From Lophium mytilinum (taxonomy: Eukaryota), in contig MU004190.1 in assembly GCA_010093605.1 (NCBI GenBank), positions 1,434,961 to 1,498,960 on the forward strand: DNA of 64,000 bases. The letters are read 5' to 3'. Of the stretch, positions 10,717 through 22,913 are shown one piece after another. How positions within the stretch are numbered: position 1 is the stretch's first letter; every line of letters starts with the position of its first letter. Under the pieces are notes generated by a model that did not search any database, had not been told where the DNA came from, and saw only the letters and a list, made by a program, of their open reading frames with translations. The translations under genes were made by a program, and so were the position numbers.

Positions 10717-11595
10717 TTATTAGGATATAAAACTCAAGGTCTTAGAAAGAAGCATAGTAAATGTATCTACCTCCTTTATATCTACCTCTCCCTGAGGACC
10801 CGATGTACGATTATATGCGTCTCGGGTACTTCTTCGAGGACTACTACAAGGCGCAGGGCGGATTATATCCTTTTGCGACCTCCGCAGTACTCAAGAAGCC
10901 CATATAAGTTATAAGTTCTAGCACAGAGCTAGATTTTCTATCTCCTTGCGCACGACGACCTACGAATATGCGTGATTCAAAGAGACATTATTGAAATAGT
11001 TGGTATTGCTATCAGAGGCATCTCGATAAGCTCTATATGATCACTACCAACATGAACACTGGGGGAGAATTCGCGCAGCCACAGCCTGTTACGTTGGGTA
11101 TCAACGGCACGTTTTGTAAGATTCTCTTATCCTCTATCTCAACATTATGCAATTATCTTGAAACGAAGGCATTATATCTTTTCAGGGAGTGGTAATTCCC
11201 GTTCAACTTCTCATAAAGGAAGACTACTCATGGGTTGCCCGTCTAATCTTATTCTAGCTATTCCTAGCACGGATAACATGCTTTGAGATCCGTAAACTGC
11301 TGCTTTATCCGACTTACTTTTTAGAAGTGAAACCGTCTTATGCATTAGGGGCTTCTAAATTTTCATACCCCTCTCTTTGTTCATCGTTACGAGTTATATA
11401 CAAACAGTATTGATTATTTGACTGACATCCACCCCAGTGGATTACCTTAAAGGCAAAGCACACCACTAGCAAGTCCAATTCACGTCATCAAAGTGGAGTT
11501 TTGAGTCTTACGACTTCCAACCCCAAGCCCCAAACCCTGCTCCCTCTTATTTCCAATCACGTATCACCTTGTTCCACCACCAACGCCACGCAACT

Positions 11596-12318
11596 ATGCC
11601 CCTGACCCTTGACCCAAGAGACAGACAAGCCCTCATAATTGTAGGCGCCGCGATCATAACCACGGCGCTTTTATTAGCATACTCAAGCGTCAAACCTCCA
11701 AGTATTCCTCAACCCACTGCTCCAACAGTCCCAAGGAAGAAGTACAATAGAGCGAAGACGCGCAAGGACAACCGAACTCTACCAGTCCCTCAACATGCCA
11801 GTTCGTCCCAGGCCGTGGGAAGGAGTGTCGCGGTCGCGAACCAGACCAAGCTCAACACAACGGCTCCAGGTACGGGGAAAAAGTTCATGCAGCCATCCCA
11901 CACCCCCCCAGGCTCCCCACCCAACCCCCCATCCCCAACCAAAGAAAGATCTCCAACCCACCTCTCCCAAACCGCCGCAATCCCCACCTCAGCCGAAACA
12001 ACTCCTAGATCTACGCCATCGTCAGGCCCAAGTAGCCCGAGCGACGGCGCCACGATAGCGGCACCTCAAACGACAGTGGTTGAAGCATCGGGGCTCCTCG
12101 CGAGGCAGACTTTTGTATCCACGGGGTCGTATGTGATAGCTCAAGAGCTGATTCGTCGGCTGGCGGAGATTGCAGCGGAGAGGGAGGCTCTGCGGGCGGA
12201 GGAGGGGTATGACGAGGGGTATGAGGGCGAGAAGGAAGGAGGAACAGCGCCTGGTGTTTTGTACGTCTGGAGGCGAGGGTGGCGGAGGGGAGGGGAGGGG
12301 AGTGGCAGAGGTGATTGA
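11596..12318 (+). CDS. Orphan protein with N-terminal transmembrane helix and P/S/T-rich disordered body
   Basis: ATG 11596 (MPLTLDPRDRQ) followed by the hydrophobic stretch ALIIVGAAIITTALLLAY; 240-aa open frame. Confidence 0.5.
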   Translation: MPLTLDPRDRQALIIVGAAIITTALLLAYSSVKPPSIPQPTAPTVPRKKYNRAKTRKDNRTLPVPQHASSSQAVGRSVAVANQTKLNTTAPGTGKKFMQPSHTPPGSPPNPPSPTKERSPTHLSQTAAIPTSAETTPRSTPSSGPSSPSDGATIAAPQTTVVEASGLLARQTFVSTGSYVIAQELIRRLAEIAAEREALRAEEGYDEGYEGEKEGGTAPGVLYVWRRGWRRGGEGSGRGD

Positions 12319-13128
12319 GTGGGTTGCGGTTGGGATGGCTGTGGGTTTTGATTACTTTTGGTTTGGTCGGTGATGAGAACGCAAAATGAGCATTTTTGTT
12401 TTAGTTCAAAGTGAATATACCTACTCGTTAGCAGTCGGCGGCGCTTATTGAATGATAGTTCTCCTTTCTCGCGGAGCTACAGTGTCCTCCATGGATATCC
12501 GTACACTTCCCTGTCACTATTTATAGGGGTTCCACGTACAGTTAGAAATTGTGGGTAGTGCACACGCTTCCAATTCGCGTACATCATGCTGTCACTGTCT
12601 GGAGTACCCTCGTGAGTTTGCTAGTAGTCTAAAATGCCGCATTTCTGTCTTATTCCGAACGCTGAAAATACTACGATCCTCCTCAAGCAGCGATAAACAA
12701 CTGTACGGATTCCTGTGACGAATCATTGTGGTTCTAGGTTAGCATTCGGCGGTGATTACCGAAGCATACTGCTCTCTACTCACGGGGTTAGGGGTATCAG
12801 CGGCAGTACCCTCGCTCGATGTGGACTGTGAATAGTATAGGTGATCTTGCGAAAGAGAAAGGACACCCAGACTAGTCGTGAGCGGCATTAAGGAAATAGA
12901 CGGCAATGAAGATGCTCGGAAGGCGTATATGTTACCCCTGACCAGCAGCTTCTCCTTGGAAGTACCCCTCAATATTTAAGGTCTTCACTGCCCGACAGAT
13001 ACTCACTACACCTAAACCTCATCTACTAGGCAACTATGCCTTGTAGACTATCAGCAAGCTCTCCATATACTTACTCCTCTTACCTTCCACCTACCTCAGC
13101 AATCCAATCCATACCAAACTTCTCAAAG

Positions 13129-13653
13129 ATGGCTAAAAACAATCTTACCTGTGCGCACCGCCCTCTCACTCTCTTCAAAGACCCATATTAACATCCAGAA
13201 GCCATCCTACTAGCCATCCTCACCCTCACCCTCCTCTCCCCCACCTCCGCCAGCGTAATCGGCTACTACAAAAACAACTGCGGCTTCACCACCTGGGCGC
13301 ACACCTCCCGCGGCGGCGGAGGCGACTCCTCCACCGTCCCCATCTACCCGGGCCAAGAGTACTGGACGCCCATCCAAGCCGACGCGGGCGGCGAAGGCGT
13401 GACGCTCAAGGTCGACAACAACCCGCAGCTGGCGCACCCCTACCAGATCGAGTTCTCGTCGCGCGACGGCAGGGTGTGGTACGACCTGTCCTCGGTCGAC
13501 GGCAGCCCGTTCTTCACAAATCGACGCTTCCTGCAGGTCGGCGATCCGGGACAGTGCCCGTGGCTGTTCTGCGATGTCAATCAGAGCGGGTGCGAGTGGC
13601 CGGTGCAGCGGGATTGCGCGCATGGTGGGCCGGTTTATTTCTGGTTGTGCTAG
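13129..13653 (+). CDS. Small secreted BYS1-like (thaumatin/osmotin-like fold) protein
   Basis: Exon 1 is 13129-13150 and the intron is 13151-13201. The spliced product begins MAKNNLTSILLAILTLTLLSPTSA (signal peptide) and continues with KNNCGF, VWYDLSSVDGSPF and a Cys-containing C-terminus. Confidence 0.7.
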
Positions 13654-16013
13654 GTGGGATGATGGATGGGAGGGTGAGAATGTTGTTGAGTTTTCTTTCT
13701 TTGCGTTGAAGGTTGCTGACAAGTTATTAGAGGAAAGGGACGGTATTCTTAGCCAAGCTAGGCCTTAGTTGTTCCTGGAGAAGATGACATCGATCGGTGT
13801 TGAAGGAATCAGCCGAGGCCGATGAGATCTGGGGCAGGGTCTTGCTTTTGGGGGGTATGGCTAGAATGGTTGGGATGGTTCATACAGTGGGATGGCTCAT
13901 ACAGTGAATGGGAGGGTTGCTTTTCTGCCTTTTGCGATGCAAGATCCAGCGAAGATTGGCGATGGGTGCTTTGGGGCAAATATTACACTAGAGATTGCAT
14001 TGTCGAACTGCCCTTGGAAATGGAAATGGAGTAGAGCCTTGGGCAAGACTACATGATACAATACTTTCAGTGGATGAAAGCAATGCGATGAATCGGTGTT
14101 AAGGTCGTGCGTCCAGATGGTCAGGAACGGTGTCATCAAAGGTGAGATCTGTAACTCGGACTAAGCGGCGAAGAGAATCTAGTGTACGCTGGACCTCAGG
14201 CATGCTGATGGTGCCAAGGAACGGTTCGGACCGTAGATGCTAGTGGGACAGAGTTGGACGGGTACGACGGAGAGGCTCTGCCCACGTGGTAGAATATCGC
14301 AACACCCCTGTCAGAATGAAACCTTGCAGACAGTCCAGACTCTGCTCACAAAGCTTGCAGACTGTGTGCCATTTCTTAGCCTTTTTCCGGGACACTAATG
14401 CGGTTGTCGGCGAGGAAAGTTCCGCAATGTCGTATGCGCAATGTTTTGCATTTGGCAAATGCACAGCCTCCAAGTTTAGGAAAGGCGCTCGGGCCTCTTG
14501 GTGTTGTGTTTTGCCCGCAGGCAACGAATGCGAAGAAAGAAGGCATAAAAGGCGATGCATGCCTAGGGCCACATTCCGAAAGTGGATGGGTAGCCTAAAG
14601 CTCGAGCCCATAAATGGGCATGCTGCTTCAGGCACGTGTATGTGAGCTGCATATCTCATTGTGTCTTTGCGTGTGAAATCACCGATGAACGTACAAAGAG
14701 CGGTAAAAGATTGGAGAAATTGTGACACGTGGGGCAGAACAGACTCGAGATATGATGTAGGGCAGTGTGCGAGAGGAGTCAGCCATGATGCAGGTCCCAA
14801 GTGGTAGCGGGCCAGCTGGTCTCTCCCTCCTTTCAGCAGCCTTCCAGGATACCTGGGCCGGGGAGCACATTCCTCGGGCACTACCAGAGTCCCAAAGACC
14901 CAACGCGCTGGACCATCTGAGACAAGTTCGGCCTGTCGGGTCCGCAGCGTTGACACAGGGCTGAGCCTGACGCAGAATAGATGTCGCCACGCTGATTGGC
15001 TGGCGCTGAAAGCAGGAGACTTATTCTTAACGCAAGGAACTCCTCATTGGCGTTCGGCGAGGATCTTACTCATTGCCGTTTGATGCCGGTATCCAATTGC
15101 AAAGGCTCGGTATGCGTGCTCGCCGAGGCGGGTCGTGACTCCAGCTGTCAGCAGCATCATGAAGCGTGCATGGACAGAGCCATGGCCGCCACTTGCGGCT
15201 CGTCCCATCCCACCATCAGACCTCATCCCACCACGAAGAAGGCAACCGGGTCGTCATGCTTGCTTTTTCCGGGGCCTTGTTGGAGTGCCGGTGTGGTGCT
15301 ATCCCAATCCCCGGTGTGCTTCTTGGAGTCGGCCAGCCAAGGAGTCGCAGGCACGAAGTCAGCACAGCTCCTGGCGTCTTCCTTCGTCGTCGGAGTCAGG
15401 CTGGATGCAGCAGTCGTTCTCGAACAGCGACCGGGTTGAGGATGTCTTGCGGTCAGGCTGGTGGAGACGTCGCCGTCGACTGCAGTAGCCCCGGCGAGCA
15501 TGCGGCCCTCGATTGGATCTGCTCGGACAGTCATCCGCCTTTGCGAGCAGAGGCCGTCTCGATAGGCCGCTGCAAAGCTTCGCATCTGCCGTGGAAGCAT
15601 GATGCATGGAGAGGTGTGGTTCGCTGCCTGGCCGCTGTCCGCCTTTTCTGAGTGCAGCAGCCCGTCTCGCCCTCTCCGCACCGCTCCCGGCGTCGAGGGG
15701 TGTGATCCGCAGGTGGTGTTGCAGCGGGCAGACACCAAGAAATGCCAATATGCATCTATTACCCTCTAATATGCACGGCCTCATAGCCGTCCACCCCGGC
15801 TGCGCCGACTCCCCATGCTCTCCCTAGCTCTGACCGCCCCGCTTGTTGCTATTCTATTCCCAGCCCTGTTCATCATCACCTCAGCCGCACGATTCTGTGC
15901 AGAACATCCTCCATTTAAGATGTAGAGCGCCTCCCCCATGGCGCATCCCAATTACTATCAATCTGCCGCCCGGCTGGCTCGCCTTTCTTTTTCTGCCGTC
16001 TCTTCAGTCCGCA

Positions 16014-19000
16014 ATGGCCTCGCAAATGTCACTTGTTGATCTTGCAAACACCACCCGTCCCCCAACGAGGGCACACTCCATGGTCCAAGAGCGTCATTCC
16101 CACTCGATCCCCCAGCATAGGCCCAGGATGAAGAAGCAGCCGCCCCAGAAGGGTATTGACGACTTCTGGGATAAGTTTACCACCAAGCATCCCGGCAAGA
16201 TCTTTACAATTCTCCCCGACAACCTCTACGCCAAACGAGCCGCTGCCCATGCGCCGAAGGGTGCAATTCCCGGCCAGAATGCTGTGGCTTCATACCAGGA
16301 GGCTGCCGAGTCTTGCCGTGCAAAGGTCGAGAAGATCGTGCGAGAGTGCCGACGAATCAACCAGAAATACCGCGACCCCCATTTCGACATCGAATACGAC
16401 TTCAAGCGCTCGCAGCTGGCCCCGGAAATTCCACAGGACTGCTTATCTGCGTTGAATGAAGACAGAACCGAGTTCCAGCCCATGTCGGTCAAGAGAATTG
16501 AGGTAACGTGGAGCCGATCCGTGTGCTTGCTTACACCTCGCTAATTGTTTCCAGGACATCTTTGAGAAACCCCGATTCTTCATCGAAGGCGCGACCGCAA
16601 ACGACGTCCGACAGGGCAATGACGGCGATTGCTGGTTCATGTCCGCACTCTGCACACTGAGCAATAAGGAGGGCCTCATCCAGCGAGTATGTGTCGCACG
16701 GGACGAGGAAGTTGGTGTATATGGATTCGTTTTCCACAGAGGTGCGCCGGCATATACTGGGACTTGTCTCGGATGCGTAGCTGACCCTGCGTAGATGGAG
16801 AGTGGATATCAGAAGTCATCGACGACAAGCTCTACCTCATCAAGGAAGACTTTGACGACGCGACCATTGGACGCTACCAGTGGCTAGAGCTCCAAAACCG
16901 CAAGAGTCCCGAGGATGAATACCGGGCAGTCATGCAGACCGGGTCAAGGGCCCTATACTTTGCCCAATGCAGCGATCCCAACGAGACCTGGCTCCCTCTG
17001 CTTGAGAAAGCCTACGCCAAGGCCCACGGAGACTACTCGGCAATTGACGGTGGATTTGTTGGGTAAGCTAGAATCCCAAACAATCAATGTATCATTGGCT
17101 AACACGGTTCAGGGAAGGAATCGAAGACCTCACAGGAGGTGTCACATCCGAAGTCTTTGCCACAGACATCCTGAACAAGGACAAATTCTGGCGAGAAGAG
17201 CTCATGAACGTCAACAAGACCTTTCTCTTTGGCTGCGGCCAAATGGGCGGTATTTGGGGCGAGCGAAAAGGCATCCAAGAGAAGCACGCTTATTCTATCA
17301 TGGAAGCCCGAGAAATCGACGGGGTAAGGCTCTTGAAGCTGAGGAATCCATGGGGCAAGACAGAATGGAATGGTGCCTGGAGCGATGGGTCCGAAGAGTG
17401 GACCCCCGAATGGATGCAGAAACTCAACCACAAGTTCGGTGACGATGGCGTAGGAATTCCTACCCTGGTCTGCGAGTCTTTGGCTAACACCGAAACAGGT
17501 CTTCTGGATTTCTTACCGGGATCTTCTCCGCTCTTATCAACATTTCGACCGAACGCGACTCTTTGGACCAGAGTGGACTGTGTCTCAGCAATGGACTAGT
17601 GTCAACGTGCCCTGGTCCGTTGATTACCTTGACACCAAATTCAAGTTGACCCTCTCCAAGCCAAGCCCGGTCGTGATCGTCCTTTCACAGCTCGATGACA
17701 GATATTACCAAGGACTTGAAGGCCAATACGAGTTTCATCTCCAATTCCGGCTCCACAAGGATGACGAGGAGGACTACATCGTCCGAAGCAACGGTACTTA
17801 TTACATGAAGCGGTCCGTTAGCGCCGAGCTTGACCTCCAAGCCGGGAACTACACTGTGCTTGTGAAGATCAAGGCTACCAGGTTCCCGAATCCGACCCCT
17901 GAAGATGTCATCCGATCGACATGTGCTGGAAGAAGAGAGAAACTACTCAACATTGGTCTGAGTTACGATCTAGCGCATGCCAAGGGCCAATTTAGAGAAG
18001 CAGAGAAAGACCGACTAAAACGTGAGAAGGAAGAGAAGAAGTCTAAGAAAAAGCTAGAACTCAAGCGCGCGCACGATCAGCGCCGGAAACTCCGCAAAAA
18101 AGACAAGATGCGACAACAGCTGAAGGAACAAAAGATCGTCGAAAAGAAGTCTAAGAAGTCCAGCTCTGATCCCCTAACACAGCTTGAAAACAAGCTGCAC
18201 GATATAAATGGCTTGGGCATTTCTGTGGAGGAGGAAGACCGACGACCTAGGGATCCTGAGCCGAAGCCGATGCATCCTGCTGTCGCAATGCACCAGAAGG
18301 CTCACAGCACGGGAACCATTCATAGTGAAGGCAAGGCGCACGAGCGATCGCAGAGTCCTGGTAGTGGTGGATTTGGCGGCCGCTCTGGTTACAATAAGGG
18401 GCCGGGCTTCCAGGGGAGGAGTGGTTATAACCAAGGACGAGGTCAGTCAATTGAATATACTTTGTTGGATAACTACTAACGTCACTAATAGATGGTTATA
18501 ACGCCAACTTGCCAGAGGCTTTCAAAGGGCGCGATGGGTGAGTGATTTCTTCAGCTTCCCCACAACCTTTCGACCGCCTACTGACAAAACAAAGCTACAA
18601 CGGACGCGATGGATATAACGGCAGAGACGGCTACAACGGACGAGACGGCTACAATGGTCGAGACGGCTACAACGGCCGAGACGGCTACAACGAGGGCACA
18701 ACGGAATCGCCTCGCCCCGATACGCCCAGCCACCGTCCCGTATCACCAAACCCCCAACGCCGCGACTCCCGCCGCAACTCTCCCGCACCCCCCTCCCGCC
18801 GCGCCACCCTCACCCCTATCCCCGGCGTGCGCCCCGGCATCCAGGTCACCGACCACAGATCCCGGCGTTCTCCATCTCCCTTCAGCGACACAAGCGACGG
18901 CAGTGTCTGGGACAGCGATCTCGACGGGCCCTCTTCATCCGACAGCGACGAAGACGACTCTGACGCCGCCACGCGTATCTACCGCTTCCGCCTCGAAGAA

Positions 19001-19303
19001 GACGACAACGACGACGAGCAGGACGAGTTTGAGCGCGATCCGTGGAATGCGGTTGCGGTTGTGGGCCTCCGGGTCTATAGTAAAGACACGGACGTCAGTA
19101 TTGAGGTCGTTAAACCTCAGGAGACGACGAGGAGGAAGGAGAAAGCGCTTGATGTTGATGATTCGGCGGCTGATGCAACGAGGCCGTGGGATCGGGTGCG
19201 CGCGTATGTGAGCCAGAGGGGGTATGTTGAGGCGTTGGAGCAGGCGGAGATTGAGAAGGTGGGGAATGCGCCGGCGAACGAGGAGGCGAATAGGCAGGGA
19301 TGA
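16014..19303 (+). CDS. Fungal calpain-like cysteine protease (peptidase C2), multi-exon
   Basis: KFTTKHPGK N-terminal motif. Catalytic Cys in DVRQGNDGDCWFMSAL, His in KHAYSI and Asn in LRNPWG; also EKAYAK, EDLTGGV and the C-terminal DPWNAVAVVGLRVYSKD. Canonical introns at about 16503, 16742, 17063, 17450, 18442 and 18538. Confidence 0.92.
18595..18693 (+). repeat. 18-bp coding tandem repeat encoding (GYNGRD)x5 in the calpain
   Basis: Five units with differing codons but identical peptide, followed by GYNE. Confidence 0.9.
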
Positions 19304-20005
19304 GAAAAGAAGAAGGGGACTACGCGCCGGTTGGGATAGTAGCGCAATTTGCGAGATTTCTAATTCGTAATATGTAATTTCTTGGTTCTGTATTCTTGGT
19401 AAGGAGGGTATGGTGGTATATTTCTGGCTATTACTTCTGGCTACTTTCGCTCGGTGTTGGCGGTCTAGTTTTTTCTTCTTTTTCGTTTTCTTTTGGTTCT
19501 TTGATCTTAAGTTCTATCATAGTTGCCGCTCTTCAATGTGTGCGTTTAGCGGTTTAGTCCCCCAATTTGCTGGCGTATATATCCAGGGGTATATTCATGT
19601 TGCCATTGAGCTCTTTCAATTCAGTCTATCCAATTTGGAAGTTGTCGCTACAGTCAATGCTTCGAAGTTCTCCCACCCCTCTATATGATGAGAAGGCCAA
19701 AACTCAATTTCATTTCGTTCCGGCCTCCGCTATTCGTCATCGCAGACAGAGCCCTAGAACTCGCTCAAATCTCGAAACTCTTAGCTACAAAAAGCCACAC
19801 TACCTCGACTCCATACCGGCCCCAACGAAGCACCATCAACGCAAACATCCCGCCAGCTCACACCCGCCACTCATGAACTAGCCCCCAGAACCGACAAACC
19901 CCAGCACATGCCTTCGCCGCGCGGTAGTACCACTGCAACCTTACTCCTCCAGCCGAGAGTACGTGTCCTCGGCCCTTCGCCGCCGTCAAGACCGCACCAG
20001 CACTC

Positions 20006-20647
20006 CTAATAGAAAGCGAATATCCCCACCGCCAGCATCGACGGCTCCAACAAGCCTTCGCCGAAGCCGTCCCACTCATCCTCTTTGCCCGCGTCCCAGG
20101 CCGCGGTTAGCCGCGTCTCGATAACCAGCTTCCAGCTCTCGCTGACAGAGAAGAGGGGGAGGACGGTACGGAGTGGGAGGGTGTTGAGGATGCGGTCGAT
20201 GATGGAGTGCTCGAGGTATAGGACTTCTTCGAGCGCCGCTGGTCACGCGGCGTGTAAGCGAAGCTAGCTGAATCTTTTTCGTGAGGGAGACTTACTGGGA
20301 TAACCGAGTTGCCCGCGGACTTCGCGGTATTGGGGGGTGTTGTGGTTGGCGAGTAAGTGTTTGATTTCGTTGATGTTGCCCTGGCCGCCCCGGATACGTT
20401 AACGCGTGAGCTTTTATGTGGGAAGTTGGTAAGGGGAAAGGAGGTTGCGTACGTCGAGACGGCCTGGGATTGGTGGGTAGTGCGGCGACTGGTGCCATAC
20501 GCGCTCCATGCGGCTGTCGATGATGTCGCGCCAGGTGGTGCAGACGAGGCGGGCGGATAGGGCGGAGGGGAGGGGGAGGTGTTTGAGGATTTCGTCGGTG
20601 AGTTCGGGGATGTGGAGGAGAGCGCGAGTAGTGGCGGAGGTTGACAT
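20006..20647 (-). CDS. Small (~170 aa) three-exon protein with two tandem F-box-like motifs
   Basis: Exon 1 20647-20453 (donor GTACGC), exon 2 20380-20296 (donor GTAAGT), exon 3 from 20238 to the stop at 20006. Phases are consistent. The motifs are ILKHLPLPSALSARLVCTTWRDII and ILNTLPLRTVLPLFSVSESWKLVI. Confidence 0.7.
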
Positions 20648-22913
20648 CTTGCTTGTATGGAAAGGTTGTTTTGGGCTGTAGGTCGGCTGTGGTTTGAGGC
20701 TGTTGGAGAAGGCGTTTTGGGGGGTATGAAGGAAGGTTTTTATAGTAGAACTGCGGAGGATTAGGGTCTAAGGCTCTAGAAGGGGCGGGTATTAAGAGAA
20801 AGTTTTAGAGAGGGTTTCATAGGCCAGTGAATAGGATAGGGGAAGGATGAGGCTGCAGACGAGTACTGGCTTGAGAGGATGGTTATGCAAGAGTCTTCGA
20901 GTGAGCAATCAAACATGCAAGACTGTAGAGAGCATCCTTTGATTGTAGTCTTGAAGTGACGATGGTAGGTGGCATCGTCTAATCATGGTGTTGAAGTAGG
21001 AATGGTCTCGCAGTGAACTTCGAGTCCAGTGCTCTTTAGCATATAACAACACATCACAAAGGTCGTAGAAGATATAACTATATATCAACACGGAGGACAT
21101 GTTACTCCTCTAATTCAGCTACTCATCATCACAACCTACCATCACCAAAAACTAGTTACTGCCACGTCACGAAGATACTCAACACACAAGAAACTTCAGT
21201 CTCCGGCACAAGGCCCGACAACTAATGCTCCCAAGCCAAACAACCACTCCATGAGTCGGTAATTCAGCGCATTTTTCCTCCAATCCCCCACACCAAGCAG
21301 ACACTCCATGAGTCGTCTGTTGCATTCGTTTTGCTCCTCCCCAGACCATACAAAGAGCAAGAGCACTAAGTTGATGCCCTCTTCTCCACGGAGCCATGTT
21401 GCGGAACTTCTGAAAGTGTTGAAACTCCCAGTCCTCGCTCCACAGTGCCATGTCGACGTTGCTCGCGGAGTTTTGAACCCGCCAGACCACCACTTCTCTC
21501 CATCAGCCATGGTCATGCGAGGGTTTTGATCTTCCCCACACTTCATGGAGTAATCTGAAGTCGCCTGGTGATCTACCCTCCATTGAAGGAACTGATCCTG
21601 CGTGTTGCTGCTCTCCTCCCCTAACCTCAAGGCCTGACTACCTCGAGGTTGTTGCTGGAAAAGAAGTTTGGGGGTGGGGGGCGGCCCTCTTTTATACCCA
21701 GGGGGAGGAATGGAAGGTGGCCCTTGCGGTGGAGCAGCTGGTGCATGGAATGTCGTGGAAGCGGCGGGTCTGGATGCCAGGTGGCCTCGATAGAGAAGGG
21801 GGCTGATAATGGGAGGGTAGTTTCGGCGTTGCAAGGAGCGTTCACTGGCCAGGGACGGCGCAACGCCGGTCGATAGGAGGCAGCAAAGCAGCACCGGTGG
21901 CCTGGTTATGAGTGTACGGCATAGAACCGATTAGAAGCCATGGATCTGCGAAGTCACTGGGTAGCGGATCGCGCCGCGTATCAATAGCAGGATTGCCCGG
22001 CTTGTTGAGGCTGACAAGACGACCGAAACGGCCTGAGCACCTAAGACACTGAGCAGTAGGGTACTCTCATTGGTCTGACTCTAAGCATCCACCGTAGGAG
22101 ACTGGAAAGTACCGGGTCGAGCCGCGTATCGGTACAAAGATAGTGCCGCTTTTCTGGATGAGATGGGCATCTTGAAGGCGGTTTGAGACTACTGGACGCG
22201 AAGCAGGCAGGTGTTCCTATTGGCCAGCTTTTAGAGACGCTGAAGTAGGCTGTGGTGGTGAGTATTGAACTCATGTTGAGGGACTTCGCCGGCCGCACCC
22301 ATATAGCAACCACACTACTTGAGGGCGCGATTGAGGACCCTCAGTGCGATACTACTATTTTTATATCAATTTGAGCGGTGTTTCGAACGTCTGTAGACCT
22401 TTACACAACGTCTACGACGAAGTGAAAGCCATTTTGAGGCCGCTTTTCCTTCTTAATGGGGCATAACGTGGAAGTGTTGAGAACACGTGACGCTCAATTC
22501 GCGGTGTTTATCTTGACGTCCACGCTCACCTCCAGCTCCTCTTTATTTCTCCGACCGCAAGATCTCACAGCAGCGTCACCACTCCGTAGCATCACATCTC
22601 GCAGCTGCCCAAGCTCTCGCTCATCTTTCCCACAATCTTGCCCGCCGCACCCCCGGGCCTGCCTCTTCGTCGCCCACTAAGCAGTGAACAAGCCGCCCAA
22701 AGGTCCAACCGGGTCACATATCGAGCTCCTCTTCCTCATCAACAACCGCCGACAGCGTGATTCCTTGCTGTCCTCCTGCCTCTTCTTCTCCGCTTCGCGT
22801 TGCCCTCACTGTCGCTTGGTTCGCCCTAAACACCACACTTTCCGTCAGCCTTCCTCCGCAACAGTAAGCCCGCCCCCCCTCCTCACACTGTTCTTGCCTA
22901 ACCACGCAGTAAG

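Noticed and set aside
10798..10828. Small inverted repeat ACCCGA...TCGGGT just after the array as a 16th unit
   Set aside because: Its spacing (104 bp from unit 15) and geometry do not fit the core consensus; it may be chance or a heavily decayed unit.
9214..10914. Short ORFs overlapping the array (9214..9408, 9728..9910, 10576..10914)
   Set aside because: Unit lengths are mostly not multiples of three and frames are not preserved between units, so the array is not a coding repeat.
14240..15850. Many overlapping ORFs upstream of the calpain
   Set aside because: No recognisable motifs and no dominant frame; consistent with GC-rich promoter or UTR sequence.
21196..21894. 232-aa minus-strand ORF with a small internal duplication (RLMECLLGVG / RLMEWLFGLG)
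   Set aside because: It starts at a non-ATG codon, has no recognisable domain, and there is too little evidence to call a gene.
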